This document shows positions 55,484-64,000 of a stretch of 64,000 bases of DNA, in pieces; within the stretch, counting starts at the first letter, position 1, and each line of letters starts with the position of its first letter. The notes below the pieces were generated by a model. The model had not been told where the DNA came from. It saw nothing but the letters and a program-made list of their open reading frames with translations, and made no database searches. The DNA comes from Chrysomallon squamiferum (taxonomy: Eukaryota > Animalia > Mollusca). Position numbers and translations under genes: made by a program. Where the stretch lies: positions 20,770,001 through 20,834,000 of the forward strand of contig CM022679.1 of NCBI GenBank assembly GCA_012295275.1. The letters run 5' to 3'.

Positions 55484-57137
55484 TCACACAGGTCACCTAT
55501 CCATAAATAGAGTTTCTTCATAAGGAAAACAGAAAATAAACAGAAAAGCATTAAAGTTTAGCTTTAGTCACTTGTATGCAGCAAGATTAAATTTAAAAAG
55601 TAAACTTTTTTGATGTATCATAAAACTGAATGATGGATTTTTGGCCTGTTTTGTTTTGTTATTTTGCTAGAGAAATATTATTTTGCCTGCTTTAACGTTT
55701 TCTTTTATTACTAAATACAGATTTATGCAAATGTTTCATATTGGTTTTTTAAATATGTACTGTCTGTAATTTTGAAATTTAATTATATATCTTTACCTCA
55801 TGTGTGTTTATGTATTTGTGAATAACAACACATTTATAAACATTTTACTGTTGTACCTGTTCAGTGTTACTTAATAACATTTATAATTTTAAATATGGTC
55901 AAAATATTTTTGCTACCTTTAGGAAAATTTACTGTAATCTAAATTTATCTTTATAGAAATATGTCTTCAATGTCTGTATAATAGAAGCCACACCAAAACA
56001 TAAAATAAATATACAAATAAAATGGTATCGTAGTTCTGTGAGAAATGGTGGAAAAAATCCATCTTCTCCCATCCAACTAACTACAGACAAAGAGCTTCAA
56101 TACTTTCAATACAAAATCTTTTTTTTTATCTTAACAACATATTTGATAAAATGTTGTATAAAAGATTCAGATAACAGTTAATTTTGTCATATAATTAGTG
56201 AAGGATTAATAAACTTGTTTTACATATGTTGCCATGTTTTGACATTTTGGAACACTGTTATAAACTGGGTATTTGTGAGAATAAAGTGAGACGAAATAAA
56301 TTCACAATTATTTTAGACAACCCAAATTATTCTGTAGAAGATAATATAATAAATTTAATATTTAATGGCTAAATAGTGCATATATAAATCAAAAAGAAAA
56401 CACCCAAAACTACCTTTAACTGAATTCCAAAATGTTCAGAACAGGTATTATTAAATAGATAAACAGAAAATTAATTTGAAGCCAAATCAAACATTTCGAC
56501 AAAACTCTAGGACTGAAATGTAAAAATATCAACCATGTTATAAAATTTACAGATAGGAAATGAAAAAAAAATGTATAACTTAAAAAAAAAATTAAAATTA
56601 AAACAAAATTAAAATTAATACCATTATTTACTCATTTATGTATCTTAGAATATCGTATACTTTGTATTTATGGCTTAAATGTTTCTGACTAGGAATTACA
56701 ACATAATTAGGACTGATTTATAGATAATCAGGAGACCGTGGATATGATCATTCATATTTTTGAGATGCACTGAACAGGTGTCTTTCCAAGATAACTTAAA
56801 TGATTGTTAACCTTTGCATTTCAACTAAGAGCAAAGTATATTAGTAAAATTAATTCCCAGCCCCCCATTCAGTGATGTTTGTGGATCAACAGTATTAGAA
56901 AAAAAAAATCATTTAAGGCCAGACAATGGAACAGCATTTCTTTAAATTTCACTTATTTATTTATTAATACAGTTTGTGTGGGAAATAATTAATGCATTTT
57001 ATTTTACTTTGTTTTTTAGTTTGGCAAAATTAATATCATCAGGGCCATGTCGCATAAAATTCAATGATTGTTTTAATTTTATTTTAAATATTGAAGATTA
57101 AAAATGTAATTTAGTAATTATTATTATTATGATTATG

Positions 57138-57212
<75 letters not shown>

Positions 57213-57459
57213 ACAGGTGGTGGAAAAATAAAATTATATATATTTTATTTTTAAAAGAAATTATATATTATAATTTCATTATTATTAAATAAAGTTAGTA
57301 ATAAATGTACAGCAGGCTCACTACATTTTGGAAGGAAAAAACGTAGAAATGATATAGCATAATATAATATGGTTTTTAATAGATTAGTTTATCTAGTATT
57401 AAATAAGCATGATATATATATATATATATATATTTCTATATATATATATTAATTTTCAG

Positions 57460-57620
57460 ATAGGGACGACAGAGCATATACAAAAGTTGTCTTGATTCTA
57501 GGTTTGCAATCGGTTATTACTATGAGATACAGACAAATACTGAAGTTGATGATTGGTAATATAACTACACAAGTTTCTGATGAGTATTTCTTTGGACAGG
57601 TGGAATGCACACTAGGCCAG
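57460..57620 (+). pseudogene. Copine relic, second C2A exon
   Basis: Bounded by TTTTCAG| and |GTATAT. Frameshifted translation IGTTEHIQ/SCLDSRFA/...QILKLMIGNITTQVSDEYFFGQVECTLGQ resembles copine GRTE.I.NCL.P.F...QKL....D.....L.DDDFLG..ECTLGQ. Confidence 0.75.
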
Positions 57621-60189
57621 GTATATGTCAAATGGAACAGAGATGGGTAGGATGAATGTCAACGGATTAAGGTATTGTTCTGATTAGGATACCAAAGTGA
57701 TTTAACTAAAGGAGGTTTTACCTGTGATGGATAGCATTAACAAAAAAACTTTAAACTATAAATTCTGAGCAGTTAAGATCGCTTTGCATGATATTACTAA
57801 TCAAACAGAATTGTTTTTTCAAATGGGAATTAATTACAATAGTATATTAAGACAAAATGAAAGAATCGAAACCTGATTTTTCTAATAATGTTTTCCAGTA
57901 TGACTTTATGATTTTGGATTATGTGTATCCATCTGACGTTTATTTGATGTCATAGGACTGTTATAATGAAGCCAAAATCAAGTAAATAATTAATTTTATT
58001 ATTTTTATTTTTATTTTTTTTAACGAAATGCATAATTTCATTTTCATTTTCTTTGAAAAAAAAAATGCAATACTGTTCAAAAAGTTCTGATTTTAACAGT
58101 GTTAAAATTATGTTTCAACATGATTAATTTCAATTATTTTCAAATACAACTATAATGTTAATAATAATTTTAAATCAATATAATAATATATTAATAAATC
58201 AGCAAAAATAATCCAGTTAATATTTTTTTTTTTTTTTTTTTTTAATATTATTCTCCTCTTCTTTTTTTCAAAAACAAATCAACAATCAAAATGCTTACAA
58301 TAGTTATTTATTTTATTTATTTATTTATATTTATTTTTTTAATAATAATAAGTGACTGGCAAAAATAAAAAGAGGCTGTCAAATGTCTTCCATGGATATC
58401 CGTAACGTACAATTCCTTGTCAACATAAATAAAATTCTATATTCAAGTTATAAAATACCTCTTTGTTTTGTATGTTTTTCGTGGTTTTCCAGTAAATAAT
58501 AAGTAACTTTATTACATTAAATTATGATCAAACCTCTTTATAACGTCCCTTGGTGTACTGCCATCCCTGTTTACCGTTAAGATTTTAATTCTTCATTATT
58601 ATTTTGTACCATTAAGAACTCTCCATCATAAACTTATATCGATACATACTGATTCCCTGACACGTTTTTAATGAAATAATATTGTTATGTATTTGACATA
58701 TTTCTATAAGGCAGTGCCATATTAAACTAATGTGAAACCCCTAAATCCGAAAAATATATATAAATATTAAAACATAAATTATTTATTTCCTAGTAAAATA
58801 TTGCATTTTCTTTTTTCCGCTTGCTATAGATGTGTCTAACTCTTCCATAATATTATTTAAATGTAGATATCAGTTATAGATATCAAAAGTAACACAGCTA
58901 CCAATTAGATGATGATACAGGAACTGTCACTTTCACACACACGTTCATTTTCAATACTTATTAGAATGAGCCTATTTAGTTTATTATAACTCTTAGTGTG
59001 GTAGTTCTTTTGCCATATGCAATTTGTTCTGCTCACTTGATCCTAATTAGCCTTTGACATAAATAGAGCTTTGCAGAACAATGTATATATGCAAAGTCTG
59101 GAACTGTCGGTTTTTCTGTTTTGGATGAATATGGAAACAAACAACAACACAAAAACCATTTGATTATTGAACTGAATTTTAATTGAACATTATTTTCTTG
59201 TTTTATGTATGTGTTTTTGTACACAGCCTCTGACTAAAAGCTGACAGGTTATCGGATCTCCCTCTTTTGGCTGACTCATTGAGATTTTTCTTGTTCCAAC
59301 CAATACTGTACAACTGGGTGTGTTATTTACTGCTGATCCGGGCTGTGGGTTGGTTTGTATAAAATATTAATTCCTTTGTTGTTAATTAGAAAGTTGCAGC
59401 TTTCTGCCCCTACCTCCTTCCTTGTACAGATAGTAATGTTTGGTCAGCTCTGTATTTTTAGTTCGATGACAAAATATATAGGCATATGTACATATACGTA
59501 TCCCCACATCTTAACAGACAAACAAACAAAAAAACATACACGCCCACACACAAACGCACGGTAGAGGACTGACTCAATATCAAGTGTGCCGCTGATAATG
59601 TGGATCCTGTTAGACAGTAGTCTGTCTGTTAAAAACATTCTTGATCATTTAAAAGCATGGAAATATAATTCGCTGTACTCCCCACTCCGAACTTGGAGGA
59701 CTCCAGGATAGCACAGCAATATATAAACTTTTACAAATGAAAATTTAAGCTGTTAATAAACTGAATGATTCTTTTTGTATTGTGCTGTTTATCACACATT
59801 CCATAATATTACTGTAATTATACAACAAGAATTTTCGTTGAATTACTGTTTTAATAAGAAAACATTTTATCGAAGATACTTTTTATTTAAGAATATATAA
59901 ATAACTATTTATTATTAAAATGACAAACAAAAATACAAATACCGTAATTTAGATGTTTGCGAAAGATGCAAATACAAAAGCAAAAGAAAAAATGTATTCC
60001 TACGTTTTTAGTCTGGCACAGATGTTACACTGTGGTGGGTTTTTGACATTCCTTTGTAAAACAATTATCATCACGTTAATCCAAATTATGAAACATATTG
60101 TACATGAAAGAATTAGTCATAAAGTTTCAGGTTGATTCAACACAAGGTAATTCACCCATCGGTCACTTTAGCATTACTAAAATTGTTAT

Positions 60190-60595
60190 CTGTGACTGAC
60201 TGTTTTAAGCTGTGCCAGGTAATGTTGGTAAGGATATAGATTCTTTGATCTATTAACTGAAATATTAAATTGACCCCCAAAAATGTTTATCAGATAGCAC
60301 AGGTGGCGCTGTAAGTACCATGGAATGGTTTACAAAATAAAATTGTTGGTATGACGTAACAATACGTTCGTATATGCTCCTATGCTATAAATGAGCACAA
60401 ATTTAAGAATTTTCTGTGAGCGACTGTATTCAGCTGTGCCAAGTAATGTTGGTAAGGACTTGGATTTGTTTATCTATTGACTGAAATATTGACCCTCAGA
60501 ATGTATATCAGATAGCACAGGTGGTGCTGTAAGCTAACATAGAATGGTTTACACAATAAAATTGTTGATATTGCATATCAGTACGTTCGTATAAA
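60190..60595. repeat. Diverged ~225-bp tandem duplication
   Basis: TGTGA..GACTGT.TT.AGCTGTGCCA.GTAATGTTGGTAAGGA...CAGATAGCACAGGTGG.GCTGTAAG...TACGTTCGTAT occurs at ~60190 and again at ~60415. Confidence 0.8.
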
Positions 60596-61221
60596 TAAAT
60601 TCAGATTGTGACAGTAGTTTATACCACGATGGTATAACAGCCACTAGATGAATAACACATCAGCAAGAGTACTGGACAAGATCTTAGATAATTTTTAGTG
60701 AAGGTGGCCACAGTTTAAGATTCTTTTGCTTTTTATTTACAAAATCATATTTTATAAAATAATTTTATGAACCTGCGTCAGAAAAAGAACAATAAGAGAA
60801 AAGTTCAAATTTGTTTATCATATAAAAATCGATTTAAACGTGGAAACCTGAAAATTTAAAAAATACGATTTGAATTTTCCAACGGATCTTAATTTGACAT
60901 ATAAAAATTAGTCATTAATAAAAGTATCTGGTTAGTGTACGCAAATGAAATCTATCTACTGAAAGACAGATTCGTAGATATTTGGTTTGACGTTAAAAAT
61001 AAGACAAGTATATCTGTTTTCATCACTCTGATGCAAGACTAAAACAAGTTTGGTGCGAAAACAAAAAGAGAGAAATGTTTTGCTCCGAAGTCTTTTAGAA
61101 ACCATAGAGAGAGTTTGGGAAACTGATGCTGCTATTAAGAATATTATAATTTATTTCTTGTTCTTCAAATTTTTTTTAATGAGATTGCTTAATGATGATA
61201 AGAATATGGGTTCCAACTGCA

Positions 61222-61284
<63 letters not shown>

Positions 61285-61853
61285 CCTTGGGATGTCATAA
61301 ATATGAAATGGGATGGAACACTGAAAATATAGGGATGCAGTACGTGTTTTGGATATGTTTGTATAGGAATCCGTCGCGTGCAATTTTCGAGATATGCTGT
61401 ACTGTATTTGTGTATTTATGGGATATTCATAGAAATCTCTTTTTTTATAATTCTAATTGTTTGTGTGTCATACGTTTACCTTTACTTTTCAAATTACTAA
61501 CATACATTTTGTATCATTTTACTGGTTTTTCATTTCGAGATTTTAATTTTAATTTATTTAGCTACATTTTAATTTTTTTTTTTTTTTTAAATTGTGCTTT
61601 TGCCATCGCCGGAAGTTGAGAACGATAGACCATGGTTTAGGAGACTGGGCACAGTCTAGTTTATATATAACATTTACGTCGTTAAGTAAATCACACCTTT
61701 ATAAAAGTCTATGGACATAGATTACATCTATTAGTAAAAGTTTCGTCGGTTTTACTTTTTAATATTAGTAACCGTCGTTGAAAACACAAAATTATTCACA
61801 AATTGATGATTACGAGCGTTCACGTTTCCCGCAACAACTGTGACACGATTTAT

Positions 61854-61882
61854 TTCGCAGAATTTGCACTAGTTTCGATTTC
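61854..61882 (+). promoter_or_regulatory. GAS (TTCGCAGAA) + canonical ISRE (AGTTTCGATTTC) composite upstream of PARP copy D
   Basis: Exact AGTTTCNNTTTC and TTCN3GAA, 97 bp before the ATG. ETS site CCGGAAGT at 61609. Confidence 0.65.
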
Positions 61883-61978
61883 GACATTCGACAAAGTGTT
61901 TCCTGTATTTACAGAATCACTTGAGATATGATTAGAAATAAAAATGGGATACAAGAACTGGAATACTATTGAAATATA

Positions 61979-64000
61979 ATGTCGACGGACAACGAAAAAT
62001 TAGCAATAATCGTTAATTCTATTCTACTAAGACATCAATGTTTGTTAAGCTTAGAGGCATTATCGCGGGAGCTTAAATCACAGACACAGGTGATATTTCA
62101 AGACGAGTTACTTTTAAAGTTTCTGAAAAAATTTCCACAGTCGTTTTCATTCCGAAATGTCGATCATAAAAAAATTAGATATTTAGAAGTACGCGCAATT
62201 ACAGACATTGCACTATGTCAAAAACATGCAAAGAAAAATGGAAGTTGTGATGGTAAATGCGGAAACCTTCATATATGCAAATATTTTTTCCTATCAGGTC
62301 GTTGTAGTTTTGGTGAAAAGTGCTCATTTGGTCATGATTATAGATCAAGACATAATGAGCTGGTTTTCAGGGCTCATTTGCTTGATGTCAAAAATATTGC
62401 ACTTGAACATTTAAGGTTTTTAGTCTGTCAAACAAGTTGCAGAAATGTTACCACAATGCCTCAGATTTGCACTTTTTATAATACTTCAAAAACATGTTCA
62501 AACAAAAAATGCAAAAACTTACATATGTGTAAGTATTTTTTGGAAAGTACATGCAAGTTTAACGACTGCAAACGAAACCATTCTGTTCAGGATCTAAATG
62601 TTACCGATATACTGAAAGGCTATGGTTTTAATATTAATCAGTCACCAGATGAAATTCTGCAAGAACTTAGACAATTCTTTTGTAATGAAATAACACAAAA
62701 TCCCAGCTGTTTAGGGCATCAGCCAGAACATCACAGATCAGCTGAAATAAGTTATTCAAGTGATCAGTATGCAATGAAATACCCAGATGAAAGAGAAACT
62801 GATTTTCAACCTTATATTCAAACCATCATAGCAGGTCCTAAATCAGTGGATATCAGTAAACCTGTTCCAAAAGAAATAAAAACTGGAGGAAAACAGCCAT
62901 CAGTAATTTGCATTCATAATCTCAGAGGCAAATGTGAATTTGGATCTTCCTGTCGTTGTGAGCACAAGTCAGGAATTTACCAGTGGCAGTGGAAGACAGA
63001 CACTGATTTGAAATGGACTGATTTTAATGAAGACAACAACATTGCAATAGAGAAAATCTTTAGTCAACCGGATAAATCTGAGTGCTATATAATGATGGGG
63101 TATAATATTTCAGTTTCTTTTATACATATATATGTAACAAATGTTAAACAATAAATTACACTTATGGTTGTTTTGTATGTTCTTATTCTTATTATTATTA
63201 TTTTTATTTATCTTTTTTTTTTTTAAGTTCAAGATCATTAGAAATAATTCATACAAGCTGTTCAACAAAAACTTTATAGCTATATTTATTAATAATAGTT
63301 TTGATCATTTCTTTTTTAAAAAATACCCTTTTGTAATGTAAAATATAACAATTTTGCTTCATTAGTAAGTTGTATTTCAAAAGCAAATAAAAACATCTTG
63401 ATCATTGTTACCTACGGCTAAATAAACATAAATTAATTTATTATTTATTAAGCCTTTTAAGCAAGAAACCTTTTTAAATTCAAGTAACCTGGCAGTTCGC
63501 CAGAATGAATAACTCAGAATTCAGCAAATTCTCTTTGAATAACAGCGGATTGCAAATGAACATTCAAATCGTGTATCTATTCAGAAATGAAGTTTTTCAT
63601 TTGATGTGATGTTTTTACATATGTATCATGCATTAATCTTAAAGGATTTTAAGAAATTTCCTAGGAATTTTTTTCATTGATGTAGATCACCTTTAAGTTG
63701 TAGATCACATACCAAAGTTACGCCCATTTTTCTCTCTCTTTCTTTTTTTCTCTTTATTTTTATTTTTTCTTCACCACACCAGTGAAAAATACAGGTTTGC
63801 CATGTATGGTGTAGAATGTTTTGTAGCTGTATTATTTTACTCTCTACTTACTGTTAGCAAAGACAAGTTATCATTTAAAATGAAATATTTTTTCAACTGT
63901 AATTTTTCAGTAAAATAATAAAGATTGATTTTGAATCAATGACTGCCAGCGGAGATGATGAAATTCATATTCGAAGGTTGACAACAATTTCTTCTGCAAT
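61979..64000 (+). CDS. PARP12/ZAP-like copy D with full N-terminus (helical domain + 4 CCCH + linker + 5th CCCH + WWE); runs off the window
   Basis: Exon 1 is 61979-63099 (donor GG|GTATAA) and exon 2 starts at 63911. Fingers: CQKHAKKNGSCDGKCGNLH, CKYFFLSGRCSFGEKCSFGH, CTFYNTSKTCSNKKCKNLH, CKYFLESTCKFNDCKRNH, CIHNLRGKCEFGSSCRCEH. Confidence 0.88.

Overview
AT-rich, microsatellite-rich eukaryotic DNA with GT-AG introns, probably from an invertebrate; a Nin-type SINE suggests a gastropod mollusc (inference). All gene models were spliced by hand and checked for phase continuity. In order: (1) a 2-exon RING + NHL/beta-propeller TRIM-like gene (+, 85-1606); (2) a complete 9-exon PBLD/PhzF-like gene (-, 9980-1985), almost invisible in the ORF track; (3) an internally deleted Tigger/pogo element; (4) a 3-exon Ly6/three-finger gene with a probable GPI anchor (+, 15854-20187); (5) a 15-exon coiled-coil gene built from duplicated exon modules (+, 22816-35432); (6) a tandem array of PARP12/ZAP-like (CCCH-WWE-PARP) genes from 37975 to the window end. 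The array is the most interesting part. It contains an apparent in-frame chimera with a doubled CCCH-WWE-WWE module joined through a newly created splice acceptor, a frameshifted copy, and a copy with the full 5-finger N-terminus. All three promoters carry an identically spaced STAT(GAS)+IRF(ISRE) composite element. The spacers hold reciprocally deleted copine relics, a possible TLR relic and an inverted copy of an exon from the neighbouring gene.
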